Part shown: positions 36,759 through 47,324 of the stretch, piece after piece
How positions within the stretch are numbered: the first letter of the stretch is position 1
Layout: every line of letters begins with the position of its first letter
Assembly (NCBI GenBank): GCA_964500065.1
Contig: CAZCNH010000007.1
Coordinates: 1-64,000, forward strand
From: an uncultured Acidobacteriaceae bacterium
Lineage (GTDB): Bacteria; Acidobacteriota; Terriglobia; Acidiferrales; UBA7541
DNA: 64,000 bases
Direction: 5' to 3'
Translations under genes and position numbers: made by a program
The notes under the pieces: model-generated
What the model saw: only the letters and a program-made list of their open reading frames with translations
What the model was told of the DNA's origin: nothing
The model's database searches: none

Positions 36759-36903
36759 AACCTCGCCCCCACTCGTGCTGACTTTGAATTCTCCGTCCGT
36801 CACAATTGTAAACTGTAACTGGCTCACAATCGGCCTCGTTACGTCTTTTTCCCTGTGGTATCTTTCCCGGAAAGGAGAAAATCCACATAGGAGTCTAGAC
36901 AGA

Positions 36904-37275
36904 ATGGCCGGCGAAAAAAGAAAACTTGTAATTGTCATCACGTGCGGCCTGGAAGATGAAAAAATGTCGGTTGCCTGGAGCATTGCCAACGGCGGTGCCA
37001 AGTCCGGGCTCGACGTGGCGGTCTTCCTCACCAGTTCAGCCGTGGACTGTGTTCGCAAAGGAGCGGCCGATCAAGTGCGCCTGAACCCGCTGGACCCGCC
37101 CGTGGGAGAAATGATTCAAACTTTGCGGGCGCAGGGCGCGCCGATTTTTGTATGTCCGCCCTGCGCAAAAGTCAGGGGCTACACCGAGAAAGATCTCCTG
37201 GACGGCGTGGTAATCACCGGATCGGGGGCGATTCATGAGTTGATCAAGCAAGGCGCCGCAACCTTGACATTCTGA
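36904..37275 (+). CDS. DsrE/DsrF/TusD-like family protein
   Basis: ~120-aa core, KLVIVITCGLEDEKMSVAWSIANGGAKSG... typical DsrE-fold; Cys in VCPPCAKVRG; ATG 36904 with AGGAG upstream. Confidence 0.6.
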   Translation: MAGEKRKLVIVITCGLEDEKMSVAWSIANGGAKSGLDVAVFLTSSAVDCVRKGAADQVRLNPLDPPVGEMIQTLRAQGAPIFVCPPCAKVRGYTEKDLLDGVVITGSGAIHELIKQGAATLTF

Positions 37276-37313
37276 GGGCTGCGGCTGCGCACCGCCTCCG
37301 GTGGAACGGCCGA

Positions 37314-39296
37314 CTACGGTTCCGGGGGAACTGTGGAAGGGGAACTCCGCAGTTGCGCCGCAAGAGATTTTTCCCTGGCAGCATCGCCGATCCGGCCGAG
37401 TTGCTCATAGGCGAGCCCGAGAAATCTATGAGCCTCGGCGGAATCGGGGCGCAATGCAGATGCTTTTTCCAGATAGGGCAGGCCCTCGGCAACGTTGCCC
37501 TGTGCCGCAAGCAGCCGGCCGAGCACCAGGTTTGTTCCGTACTGCTGTGCATCCAGGGAATTCGCTACGCGTAGTTGTTCGATGGCCTTCTCAGGACGGT
37601 TCGAAGTGGCATACGCCGTACCCAGCATAAAGTGAGCGCCGGCCCACTGCGGATTCTTCTCAATCACAATTTCCAAATGCAGCGCCGCTTCCACCGAGTT
37701 CCCCGTAAAAAGCAGGGCCCGCGCGTACGCATATTGGGCGGGTCCGGAGGCTGGCATCAGGTCGGTGGCTTTGCGCAGGGGGCCAAGCGCGGCCCGGTAA
37801 TTCTTCTGCTTCAATTGAGCAAGCCCCAGCTGAACCTGAGCGACAAAAATCTGAGGGTCGCCGGACAGTATTCTGTTCAAGATGGGGATAGCTTCTGCCG
37901 GCCGCTCCTGTTCAACCAGCAGCGTCGCTTGATGCAGCTGGTTGGCGACTTGAATCTTATCCTTTGGATCGGCCAGATCCTTGTCCGGTTTGTCGGTCGC
38001 GGGACCGGCCACATAGCCAAGTGCAGCGAGTTTTTCCGCGAGACGCGGATCCGCAGGTGGTTGCTTTCCAGAAGCCGGCGCGCGGTTCTGGCTGACGTTC
38101 TTGCGAAAAGCGTTCAGCTGACGGGAAAGCCGTTGCGCGTCGGCCGCGCGGGATTTGGCCACGTCGCGCTCGGTCCCTGGATCCGCAGCGGTATCATACA
38201 ATTCGGCGCGCGGCGCTTCGATAAACAGGAAGCTCTCCGTGCGCAGAGCGGCCAGCGAACTCCACCCGAATGCGCGCCGCGTGTACCGCGTTTCAGAATA
38301 CGCCGGCCGGTCAATTGCCCCCCGCCCAAGCAGAGTGAGCAGGTTCTGTCCCTGCATTTCTTTGGGAACGGGGACCGACGATGCAGCCAAGATGGTTGGC
38401 GCGATGTCCGCAAGACAGACGCGCCCGGCATAGCTCTGCCCTGCCCAATGCCCTTCCTGAAACTTCATCACCAGCGGCACGTGGATTGTGGAATCGTAAA
38501 GGAAGACGCCGTGCGTGAACTCGCCGTGTTCGCCAAAGGCTTCGCCATGATCTGCCGCCACTGCGATGACGGAGTTTCCGAACAGATTTCGCCCTTGCAG
38601 ATCCTGGAATAGTTTTCCGAGTTCCGCGTCGGCGTACGCGATCTCCCCGTCATAGGGGGCCTTGCTGTGGCGGCTTCCGTATTCTCCGGGCGCCTCGTAG
38701 GGTTCATGCGCATCGAAAAGATGCACCCAAAGGAAAAAAGGACCCGCAGGTTTCTGGTTGAGCCATTCGCGGGCGCGCCGGACCACTTCTTCGGCGCGGC
38801 GCTCGAGGGTTTGATACCGGTCGTCCTGCCGCCCGCGCCGCAAGCGATAGCCGGCATCGTACACGTCGAACCCGCGGTTGAAGTTCGGGGCCATGCCGTT
38901 GACCGGGTCGAGGATCAACGCCCCCACAAATGCTGCGGTGCGGTATCCCTGCTTCCGCAGCGAATCGGCGAGGGAAGGAACGTCGTTGGGCAGGGGCTCG
39001 CTGAAGTCGTGCACGCCGTGGTACGGAGGAAATGTGCCCGTCAAGATCGTGGCGTGGGATACGGTGGTGATCGGCGCCTGCGCGTAGGCTTGCGAGAAAA
39101 CCACCCCCTGCCGCGCGAGCGCATCCAGATTTGGCGTAAGCCCCGACTTCGAACCGAGAAACCCCATACGGTCAGCTCGGGTGGTGTCCAGTGTAATCAG
39201 GATAATGTCCGGTTTTTCCGATGGCGCTGGCGAGGGCGTGGGCGAAGCGCACGCCGGGGCAAAGATAACCAAAAGCAGTAGAAGCTTGCGCACCAT
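37314..39296 (-). CDS. sulfatase-like (alkaline-phosphatase superfamily) hydrolase/transferase fused to C-terminal TPR repeats
   Basis: Signal peptide MVRKLLLLLVIFAPACAS; ILITLDTTRADRMGF metal-site motif with Thr/Ser-type nucleophile; C-terminal TPR repeats (AALGPLRKATDLMPASGPAQYAYARALL...). Confidence 0.7.
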   Translation of the reverse strand: MVRKLLLLLVIFAPACASPTPSPAPSEKPDIILITLDTTRADRMGFLGSKSGLTPNLDALARQGVVFSQAYAQAPITTVSHATILTGTFPPYHGVHDFSEPLPNDVPSLADSLRKQGYRTAAFVGALILDPVNGMAPNFNRGFDVYDAGYRLRRGRQDDRYQTLERRAEEVVRRAREWLNQKPAGPFFLWVHLFDAHEPYEAPGEYGSRHSKAPYDGEIAYADAELGKLFQDLQGRNLFGNSVIAVAADHGEAFGEHGEFTHGVFLYDSTIHVPLVMKFQEGHWAGQSYAGRVCLADIAPTILAASSVPVPKEMQGQNLLTLLGRGAIDRPAYSETRYTRRAFGWSSLAALRTESFLFIEAPRAELYDTAADPGTERDVAKSRAADAQRLSRQLNAFRKNVSQNRAPASGKQPPADPRLAEKLAALGYVAGPATDKPDKDLADPKDKIQVANQLHQATLLVEQERPAEAIPILNRILSGDPQIFVAQVQLGLAQLKQKNYRAALGPLRKATDLMPASGPAQYAYARALLFTGNSVEAALHLEIVIEKNPQWAGAHFMLGTAYATSNRPEKAIEQLRVANSLDAQQYGTNLVLGRLLAAQGNVAEGLPYLEKASALRPDSAEAHRFLGLAYEQLGRIGDAAREKSLAAQLRSSPSTVPPEP

Positions 39297-39455
39297 CTTC
39301 TTCCTATTCAGGCTAGCATGCGCGATGGACTCTCTCAACGAATTAAGGGAGGGCACAGGGAAGGTCTCAGTGTGGTGCGTTGGATCCTCAGAAATTGCGA
39401 AGGGGAGGGCCTTCCCCTCCCCTTCGCCGGTGATGTGAAAATGCAACCCGCTCCG

Positions 39456-42400
39456 CTAGAAGTCAATCCGCAGAGCAAGCTGGGTGACGCGCGCGCCGCT
39501 GCCGCCGGTGCCCGCGCCGCCAATGGTAAATGTGGACTTGCCGAAGTTTGTGGGGTCGTTCAGGTCGCCCACCGGGACTCCGAAGTTCGGGTGGTTGAAG
39601 ATGTTGAAGAAGTTGGCTTGGAAAGTCATCTTGATGGCTTCCGTGAGCTTAAACTTCTTGTGAACGCCGAAGTCAAAGTTCACAAAACCGGGTGCGCGCA
39701 AGACACCACGGCCCAGATCGGAATTGCACCACCACTGCGTGGCAGTGGCGGGGGTTCCGATAATCCGGCCGCCGTTGGGCAGGCCAGAAGGACAGTTGGT
39801 GGCAGAGCGCAGCCGCGTAAAAGAGGCCAAGGTGACGTAGCCATCCGCAGGGCTCACGCTATTGTTCACGATGTTATTGATGTTCCCGGAGCCGTTGAAG
39901 ATGGGCCGGTCGGTGAAGTGCCCATCCGCGTTGGCATCGGAACCGCTCGAACTATCGAACAGAATCATCGGGACGCCGGTTTGCAACGAAGTGATCCCGC
40001 TGAAGGACCAGCCACCCAGCCAGCGATTGTCCTTCATCCAGGGTAGGTCGTAAAAATAGCTCAGAACGACCCTGTGCCGGATATCGAAGTCGGCGCTGCC
40101 CCTGTCGAGCATCCAATTGAAGTTATCGATCGGCCGCAGGCAGGTTGCGCAAGCGCGTCCGTTGTTGAAGGCATCGCTGACGTAGTCAATCGCATGGCTC
40201 CAGGTGTAATTGGCGTTGAACTGGAGGCCGTTGCTGAAGTTCTTGCGAACTACGGCTTGGAAGGAATGGTAATTGGAACGGAAGGCCGTAGTACGGAAGT
40301 TGTCGTTCGTGATCGTGCCATTGGGACGAGCGGAACCACCACCGCGCGTGCGTCCATTGAATGTATTCAGGTTGAGCACGCCGGTCAGTTTGTTGCCCAG
40401 CGTGCCGACATAGCCCAGTTCCACCACGTAGTCCTTGGCAAACTGCCACTGGCCCGTCAAATGGAACTGTTGCGAATAGGCCGTGGCCAGGTTCTCGTCC
40501 ATGTGCCGCGGGGATGCGCCACCGGGCGAGAACAGGTTGCGGCTGGATTGCGCGAACGGCACGCTGTAGATACCCGTGCTTACCGGTTGGTAGAAAACAT
40601 ACGAGAAGGAGTGGAAGGGGGCATTGAAACGGATGTTCTCGAAAAGATTGTTCCACATCCGGTCAAAGTAAACGCCGTAACTGCCGCGCAGAACCCACTT
40701 CTGGTTGCCGAATACATCGTAGGCAAAACCAAAACGCGGGGCGAAGTTATTCATATCTTTCTGCCAGATATTTTCGTCCCGCTGTTCAAACCGTCCAGAG
40801 ACTTCCCGAGCGATCCAGGGGTTGTTCGCGGGGAAGAAAGGATTGGCGCTAGGCGCAGGGGCCGGAAGCAAGCTGCCTGAATTGCCAAAGTAGAAGTTGG
40901 AGTCCAGGCCCTTGCGGAAGTTGTGCGGGGGTCCAAAATATTCCCACCGCAAACCTACGTTCAGGCTCAACCGGCGGTGGATCTTCCAGTCGTCCTGGAA
41001 GTACCACGAGATTTCGTTGGCGCGGTAACCGCGGTAGTACTCCGGTTCCGGACAACCTCCGGTCGGTGTGGTGCACCGGCTGGGATCAATGGCGGCCCCA
41101 GCATAGTAGATCGCACCGTAGTAAGGCGCGCCATAGAGAAACAGGTCTGCGGCGTCGCTGAACAGGCCGTCGGTGAGCAGGTCTTCCACCGCATGGAACG
41201 CAAACGCCCCGTTCTTAAAAGCGGAAAACGAGGAACCGTTGCGGGTGCGGCGGTATTCACCCCCGACCTTGAAGGTGTGATTCCCTTTTACCACCGACGT
41301 GTGGTTCTGAAGTTGGAAGAGGTTTTCCGTGAAGAACTGCGGGAGGTTCGACCCATTCCCGAACGAAGAAGCCAGACTGTCAAACGCGGTGATGACTTGA
41401 GGGGTATTCTCAAATCCCGGCGTGTTCGGGAAGTTGGCCACGTGGCGCAGATAGCTGAACTTAGTGGTGTTCAATACCGTGGGCGTAAAGGTGCGCGTCC
41501 AGGTGATCCCGGTAAGCACCGAGCCGCCTGGTGAGCTGTAAGGCACGCCGAAGGTTCCGTATCCGCCATAGAGAGAGTCAAAGTTATCGGCATCTTCCCA
41601 CAGCAGGGTGTAGTTCAGTTGGTCCTTGGAAGACAGGTGATTGTCGCTCTTGATGCTCACGCGATGCTCGTTGAATTGCACGCTGCGCAGAGCGCTGGCT
41701 TGCGCATAAACGGGCACCGGGTAAACCACGCCCAGCCCGGTCCATGGGCCGCGACCGGCAGAACTCTGGCCGGTGGCGGACGCTGAGGCCAGCGGAAACG
41801 CAGTGGCTGCCGCCGACAAAAGGCCGTTAAAAATCGGCCCTGTGTTTCCCGATCCGGCAAAGGCACCGGGGCACGGAGCCGCGGCCGGTGTGGGGATGCC
41901 AAAGTTGGAAGTAACATTCGCCAGCAGCGTAGCGTTGTTGCAGATGCCGTTGGGACTGGTTTCGATAAACGTGCGGAACTGGCCGTTACGGACAAAATCC
42001 AGAAACGCTTGTGTCATTACGGTTCCGGTTGCCGGAGTGGACGCGCGCCGCAGATGCCCCTCATAGCTGCCGTAGATGAAAGCGCGATCCTTAATGATCG
42101 GGCCCCCAAGAGATCCGCCATACTGGTTTCGAACCAGCCTGTCCTGCAGGCCGGCCTGGTTGGAAAAGAAACTGTTGGCGGCAAGCGCCTGCACGCGGTT
42201 GTACTCAAACAATGACCCGTGCCAGTTGTTGGTCCCGCTGCGGAGCACCATGTCGTTAATGAAGCCCCCGCCCTTGCCGTATTCCGCCGCGTAGCCGTTG
42301 GTCACTACGCGATACTCTTGGATGGCTTCAGGCGAAATTGAAGTGATGCCACCGGCGGCGGTGCGCGCACCGCGTCCGCCTTGGCCCTGATCGTTATTGT

Positions 42401-42980
42401 CGAAACCTTCGACCAGGAAATTGCCGGTTCCGGGACGCATGCCGTTCACAGCCGCCCCTCGAGTCGTGCCGCCGAAATCATCGGGCACAACGCCGGACAA
42501 AAGATTGATGAACGTATTTTGGTTGCGAGTTTCCAGGGGAATGGACTCCCAAACCCGGCGATCCACAAGTTCGGAGAGCTGCGATTCTCTGGTTTGCACC
42601 AGTTCAGCGCCGGCTTCCACGGTGACCGTCGCGGCCGCGGCGCCCACCTCGAGGTGAACGTCCGTGGTGGTCACACGGGCCACGCTGACTACGATGTTGC
42701 CTACCTCGTAGGTCTTGAAACCGCTTACTTCGACCTTGAGTTTGTAGGTACCCACAACCGGCAAACCGACAAAGCGATAAACTCCCGCGTCGCCGGTCTC
42801 CGTATTGCGCACCACACCGGTAGCAGTGTTGGTGAGCGTAACCTTCGCTTGCGGAACTACCGCACCGGTTTGATCGTAAACGACACCGGTTAAGTCGCCG
42901 GCACCTCCTTGCGCCCATCCTCCGTTAGCTGCCAGAAGGAACAGCGCCAGGCAAAGCGCCATTGTCATCTTTCGAGCCAT
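39456..42980 (-). CDS. TonB-dependent outer-membrane receptor with N-terminal CarboxypepD_reg-like domain
   Basis: Signal peptide MARKMTMALCLALFLLAANGGWAQG; Ig-like N-domain GVVYDQTGAVVPQAKVTL; plug and large beta-barrel (1175 aa); C-terminal ...LRIDF aromatic terminus; AAGGAG RBS. Confidence 0.85.
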   Translation of the reverse strand: MARKMTMALCLALFLLAANGGWAQGGAGDLTGVVYDQTGAVVPQAKVTLTNTATGVVRNTETGDAGVYRFVGLPVVGTYKLKVEVSGFKTYEVGNIVVSVARVTTTDVHLEVGAAAATVTVEAGAELVQTRESQLSELVDRRVWESIPLETRNQNTFINLLSGVVPDDFGGTTRGAAVNGMRPGTGNFLVEGFDNNDQGQGGRGARTAAGGITSISPEAIQEYRVVTNGYAAEYGKGGGFINDMVLRSGTNNWHGSLFEYNRVQALAANSFFSNQAGLQDRLVRNQYGGSLGGPIIKDRAFIYGSYEGHLRRASTPATGTVMTQAFLDFVRNGQFRTFIETSPNGICNNATLLANVTSNFGIPTPAAAPCPGAFAGSGNTGPIFNGLLSAAATAFPLASASATGQSSAGRGPWTGLGVVYPVPVYAQASALRSVQFNEHRVSIKSDNHLSSKDQLNYTLLWEDADNFDSLYGGYGTFGVPYSSPGGSVLTGITWTRTFTPTVLNTTKFSYLRHVANFPNTPGFENTPQVITAFDSLASSFGNGSNLPQFFTENLFQLQNHTSVVKGNHTFKVGGEYRRTRNGSSFSAFKNGAFAFHAVEDLLTDGLFSDAADLFLYGAPYYGAIYYAGAAIDPSRCTTPTGGCPEPEYYRGYRANEISWYFQDDWKIHRRLSLNVGLRWEYFGPPHNFRKGLDSNFYFGNSGSLLPAPAPSANPFFPANNPWIAREVSGRFEQRDENIWQKDMNNFAPRFGFAYDVFGNQKWVLRGSYGVYFDRMWNNLFENIRFNAPFHSFSYVFYQPVSTGIYSVPFAQSSRNLFSPGGASPRHMDENLATAYSQQFHLTGQWQFAKDYVVELGYVGTLGNKLTGVLNLNTFNGRTRGGGSARPNGTITNDNFRTTAFRSNYHSFQAVVRKNFSNGLQFNANYTWSHAIDYVSDAFNNGRACATCLRPIDNFNWMLDRGSADFDIRHRVVLSYFYDLPWMKDNRWLGGWSFSGITSLQTGVPMILFDSSSGSDANADGHFTDRPIFNGSGNINNIVNNSVSPADGYVTLASFTRLRSATNCPSGLPNGGRIIGTPATATQWWCNSDLGRGVLRAPGFVNFDFGVHKKFKLTEAIKMTFQANFFNIFNHPNFGVPVGDLNDPTNFGKSTFTIGGAGTGGSGARVTQLALRIDF

Positions 42981-43485
42981 TCGGTCTCCTTCCCTTGCCA
43001 ATGAACCACTGTGACTCAGAGGCAAGAAAACATATTTGTGCTCGGAAACTCTCCTGCAAGCACTTCTCCGCCCCTCAATGATTTTTCCTTACTGTTGGCG
43101 CGTTGAAGATGAATCACTTACATCTTGCATGCAGGCCTTCGGAGGCGTATTGCAAATTGCAACAACACATTTTCCCGTACAAAACTATGAAAATCCGGAA
43201 TCTCCCGATTTTCTCCACATTTAGTATTGGACTATTGCATCTCGCGATAGCACGATGCGTACTAATCACGCCGTCCGGTTTTGCCGTGTTGTCCCGCGCT
43301 TGCCCATGTCACCGCTGAACCATCCATGAGACTATTCGCTCTATTCGATCCAACGTGCTTCTGCTCTTATTCAATTGCGGGAGTGCTCACGCGAGCCAAC
43401 AACGAAAGGCGTGAAACTTTGTTATATTTTCTTCTTACTTTCAGCGAGACACGGAAGGACAACCGGAGTGCCGCACCAATCACAC

Positions 43486-44727
43486 ATGATTCTTGTTGGA
43501 CTGGGAAGCGCGGGGGACGTGCATCCCAATATCGGCCTCGGACGCGAACTGCAGCGGCGCGGCCATCGCGTGACGCTTGTCGCGGCCTCCGTGTTTCGCG
43601 AACTGGCCGCGCAGGCCGGCCTGGAATTTTTCGCCCTGGGCAACGACGAGCAGCACTATGCTGCCATCCGCAATCCCGACCTGTGGCATCCGATGAAGGC
43701 TTTCCCGTTGGTGGCGCGTTTATTGATGCTGCCAACCATGCGACCGGTGTACGAGTTCATCGCGCAGAATTATGTGAAAGGAAAAACGGTGGTAGCAGCG
43801 CCCGGCACCGCGTTTGGCGCGCGCCTGGCCAGCGAAAAACTGGGCGTGCCCCTGGCCACCCTGCATTTGCAGCCCAGCCTGTTGCGCAGTTCGCTTGAAC
43901 CTGCGTGCTACGCCGTTCCCGACCTTCTGCGCATGCTTCCGTTGTGGTTACGCAGACCCTACTACCGGCTGATCGATTGGCTGGCCATTGATCGCCTGCT
44001 CGTTCCCGAAACCAATGCCTTTCGCAAGGAACTGGGATTGCCGCCAGTTCACCGCGTCTTTGACGGTTGGCTGCACTCACCGCAATTGGTCATTGGACTA
44101 TTCCCGGAGTGGTTCGCTCCGCGCCCCGCAGACTGGCCGGCGAATTTTCATCACACGGGGTTCCCTCTGTGGGATGAGGGTGAAGTACGGCCCGCCACGC
44201 GGGATCTGGAATCGTTCCTTGCAGCGGGGGAGCCTCCCTGGGTCTTCACTGCCGGCTCGGTAAACATGCATGCCCACAAGTTCTTTCAGGCGGCAGTAGA
44301 CGCATGCCGGGCCAGTGGCCAGCGAGGCATCCTGATTGCCAAGTTTGCGGACCAGATTCCTTCGCCGCTTCCTGCCGGCGTCCGTCACTTTGAATACGTG
44401 CCCTTTAGTCAGATCCTGCCTCGCGCCGCGGCGTTCACGCATCACGGGGGCATCGGAACCGTAGCGCAGGGCCTGGCCGCGGGCGTTCCGCAACTGGTGA
44501 TGCCCCTGGCTCACGATCAGTTCGATAATGCCATGCGCGTGCGCCGACTGGGCTGCGGCGATTTCCTCTTGCCGAAGCAATTTGCCGGGGAAACTGTGGC
44601 CGCCGCTCTTAGAACGCTGACCAAGTCGAAAAGCGTCACCGCGAACTGCCGCCAGCGTGCCGCGGCTCTTGTCCAGGCTCGTCCCCTCGAGGTTATTTGC
44701 CGAATGCTGGAAACCGCGGGCGCCTGA
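43486..44727 (+). CDS. GT1-family glycosyltransferase (MGT / UDP-glucuronosyl-glucosyltransferase-like, GT28 N-domain)
   Basis: N-terminal MILVGLGSAGDVHPNIGLGRELQRRGHRV; C-terminal donor-binding motif HHGGIGTVAQGLAAGVPQLVMPLAHDQFDNA. Confidence 0.8.
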   Translation: MILVGLGSAGDVHPNIGLGRELQRRGHRVTLVAASVFRELAAQAGLEFFALGNDEQHYAAIRNPDLWHPMKAFPLVARLLMLPTMRPVYEFIAQNYVKGKTVVAAPGTAFGARLASEKLGVPLATLHLQPSLLRSSLEPACYAVPDLLRMLPLWLRRPYYRLIDWLAIDRLLVPETNAFRKELGLPPVHRVFDGWLHSPQLVIGLFPEWFAPRPADWPANFHHTGFPLWDEGEVRPATRDLESFLAAGEPPWVFTAGSVNMHAHKFFQAAVDACRASGQRGILIAKFADQIPSPLPAGVRHFEYVPFSQILPRAAAFTHHGGIGTVAQGLAAGVPQLVMPLAHDQFDNAMRVRRLGCGDFLLPKQFAGETVAAALRTLTKSKSVTANCRQRAAALVQARPLEVICRMLETAGA

Positions 44728-44767
44728 CTATTCGGCTTCCCAAGGCTTGAATTCGGCAACGACCTTG

Positions 44768-45406
44768 TCAGTCGTGTAAAACCACGCTGAGAAGCGAATG
44801 GTGAACACTTAAACCGCCGTTGTATTCCAGGAAGCCCAGCCGGCGGAATTTGTTCATGAAGAAATTCACGCGCGAGCGAGTAGTTCCGACCATTTTGGCC
44901 AGTGTTTCCTGGCCTACATGTGGAATCACCTGCGCGGCCTTGTTGGCGTGGCCGAAGTTGGAAAGCAGCAGCAGAATTCGCGCCAGGCGCTTTTCACTGG
45001 AATTGAAGAGCTGGTCCACTAGGTCTTCTTCGATGCGGATATTACGGGAGAGAATATAAGCGATAAACCGGTCGGAAAATTTGCGGTCGTTGCGCAGCAG
45101 CCGCAGAGCGGCAGACTTGTCAATTTTCAGCAGCGAACAGTCCGTCAAACTAGTAGCCGTCGCATGGCGTGTGGCTTGACCGCTCAGGCTTCCCTCGCCA
45201 AAGAAGTCGCCCGAATTGAGCACCGCGATGACGGCTTCTTTCCCCTGGCGAGAAACCACGCTAAAACTGATCTTCCCACGGATGACTTGGAAGACGTGGT
45301 TAGCGCGATCGCCCTGGCAATAAATCGTCTTGCCCTTTGCATAGGACACGACTCTTTGTCCCCGTCTTTTTGCGGGCAAAGCAGGCGTCTTCAACTTCAA
45401 GCGCAT
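44768..45406 (-). CDS. Crp/Fnr family transcriptional regulator
   Basis: cNMP-binding beta-roll (GDFFGEGSL) and C-terminal HTH (TRSRVNFFMNKFRRLGFL); 212 aa from internal Met 45406. Confidence 0.8.
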   Translation of the reverse strand: MRLKLKTPALPAKRRGQRVVSYAKGKTIYCQGDRANHVFQVIRGKISFSVVSRQGKEAVIAVLNSGDFFGEGSLSGQATRHATATSLTDCSLLKIDKSAALRLLRNDRKFSDRFIAYILSRNIRIEEDLVDQLFNSSEKRLARILLLLSNFGHANKAAQVIPHVGQETLAKMVGTTRSRVNFFMNKFRRLGFLEYNGGLSVHHSLLSVVLHD

Positions 45407-45612
45407 AGAAAGCCTCGCACCTCCGACCCAGGCTCGCGTTATAAGAGCACGGCAAAATAGGCCCCGACTGTTCAAAATTGAACAGCACTTTGCCGTTGCA
45501 CACAACTAAAATTTGACCAGCCGATTTCCCGTGACGGGAGTCGCCGAACACGATACAGTCTGCTTGCCGCTTCCACTCCCCTCCTTGTGGAAAATCGCAC
45601 TTCGGCAAGAAG

Positions 45613-47199
45613 GTGATACCGATGCGCGTTTTCCTGGTAAATCCGAGCCATTTGTCGTTCGGCATAGGAGTCATCACGCCGCGCTGGCTCTACGTATTGG
45701 CCGCGGCTACTCCCCGGCTGCACGGCGATCCCGTCATCGTGGACGAAATCCTCGAGCAGATGGATCTCGCCCGAATCAACCGCGGAGACGTGGTCGGCAT
45801 CGGCATTCACAGCGGCAATGCCTTGCGCGGATACGAAATCGGCCGGGCAGCGCGCGACCTGGGCGCATATGTCGTCTTCGGCGGTATTCACGCCAGCTTG
45901 TACCCGCAGGAGGCGCACGAACTGGGTGGCGCGCACTCAACGGTTAATGGCGATGGCGACCTGGTGTGGGCACGTGTTCTAGAGGATTGCCTCGCAGGTT
46001 CCCCCCATCCCCAGTACGAAGGGGGACGCATTGCCGCGGAGCAGTTCCTCTCTGCCCGCTGGGACCTCATGCCGGACGACACCTACATGTGGGCGTCGGT
46101 CCAGACGGTGCGCGGTTGCCCAAAGCATTGCTCCTTTTGCTCGGTGTGGCGGACCGACGGGCAAGCGCCTCGGCAGCGCGCTTCCGATGCCGTGATCGGC
46201 GAAATTGTGGAATTACGCCGGCGTGGGTTTCGCTTTGTGGTTCTCGCCGATGACAATTTTTACCCGGTGACGCTGGCGGACCTGGAGCTCGCCGAAAAGA
46301 ACAAGGACACGCATCGGCTGGGCGAGCTGCGCGCCAAGCGGCAGGAACGGTTTGAAATGATGGGGCGCCTGGCGCAATTGCCGGACGACATGGTCTTCAT
46401 GACGCAAATCACCATGGAAGCGGCGGACGATTCGGAGTTTTTGACGGCCATGAAGGCCGCGCGGATCCGTGGTGCTTTGGTGGGGGTGGAATCGGTCACT
46501 CCCGCCGGGTTGAAGGATGTCTTCAAGGAGTTCAATTCATCCGGCGACGCCTTGGCGCAGAGGCTGCGCACCTTCCGCCAGCATGGCGTGTTCGTTCTGG
46601 GCTCGTTCATTTTTGGATTGCCCAGCGACAATTCGGAAACCTTTGCGGAAACATTGCGCCTTACGAAAAAAGCGCAGCTGACGCTGGCGCAGTTCGTGAT
46701 GCTGACCCCGTACCCCGGAACCGTGGACTTCCAGCGATGGGAAAAGTCCATGACCAACGACACCACTCGGGTGGCGGGCATTCCCCTCACGCGCTACTGG
46801 CTGATTCCGCAATCGCTGAAGACCAAGGTCTATACCACTCATCCCCGGATGTCTGCGGACGAAATTCGCAAGCGCACGCAAGGCGTCTGGGACCAGTTCT
46901 ATGACCTGCGCATGGTGTGGCAACGCTCGAACTTCCTGAAGTCCATGCGCTCGCGCATCGGTTTCACCCTGCTCTCGAAGCTCTACCGGCAAATGTTCGC
47001 TAACACCGGCATCGCTACTGACAGCGCGCGGGTCAGCCGTTCCGCAGCCTGGGCGCGGTGGCTGGCCAAGCCGTGCCGGAAGTTATTCCACGGGCCACTG
47101 TTGCCGCACCTGCAGGTGCCAACCGGACCCCTGCCGCTGAGGGCTCCAGCGCCTGAGGCCGCACCTGCGGCCCTCATCTCCATTTCCAGCACGCACTAG
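45613..47199 (+). CDS. B12-binding domain radical SAM protein (class B rSAM, with DUF4070-like C-terminus)
   Basis: N-terminal Rossmann-like B12-binding domain; CxxxCxxC motif RGCPKHCSFCSV. Alternative ATG start at 45622. Confidence 0.8.
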   Translation: MIPMRVFLVNPSHLSFGIGVITPRWLYVLAAATPRLHGDPVIVDEILEQMDLARINRGDVVGIGIHSGNALRGYEIGRAARDLGAYVVFGGIHASLYPQEAHELGGAHSTVNGDGDLVWARVLEDCLAGSPHPQYEGGRIAAEQFLSARWDLMPDDTYMWASVQTVRGCPKHCSFCSVWRTDGQAPRQRASDAVIGEIVELRRRGFRFVVLADDNFYPVTLADLELAEKNKDTHRLGELRAKRQERFEMMGRLAQLPDDMVFMTQITMEAADDSEFLTAMKAARIRGALVGVESVTPAGLKDVFKEFNSSGDALAQRLRTFRQHGVFVLGSFIFGLPSDNSETFAETLRLTKKAQLTLAQFVMLTPYPGTVDFQRWEKSMTNDTTRVAGIPLTRYWLIPQSLKTKVYTTHPRMSADEIRKRTQGVWDQFYDLRMVWQRSNFLKSMRSRIGFTLLSKLYRQMFANTGIATDSARVSRSAAWARWLAKPCRKLFHGPLLPHLQVPTGPLPLRAPAPEAAPAALISISSTH

Positions 47200-47324
47200 G
47201 TCCGGGCCTTTCTCGCACACTTGTTTAGAAACTTCGTCAGAAAACGGGTTACTGCTATATAATTCACGCCTCGGGGCTCGCCGATCCCAGCCGACTGAGA
47301 AAACCACAACGAAAAGGAGCCCGC

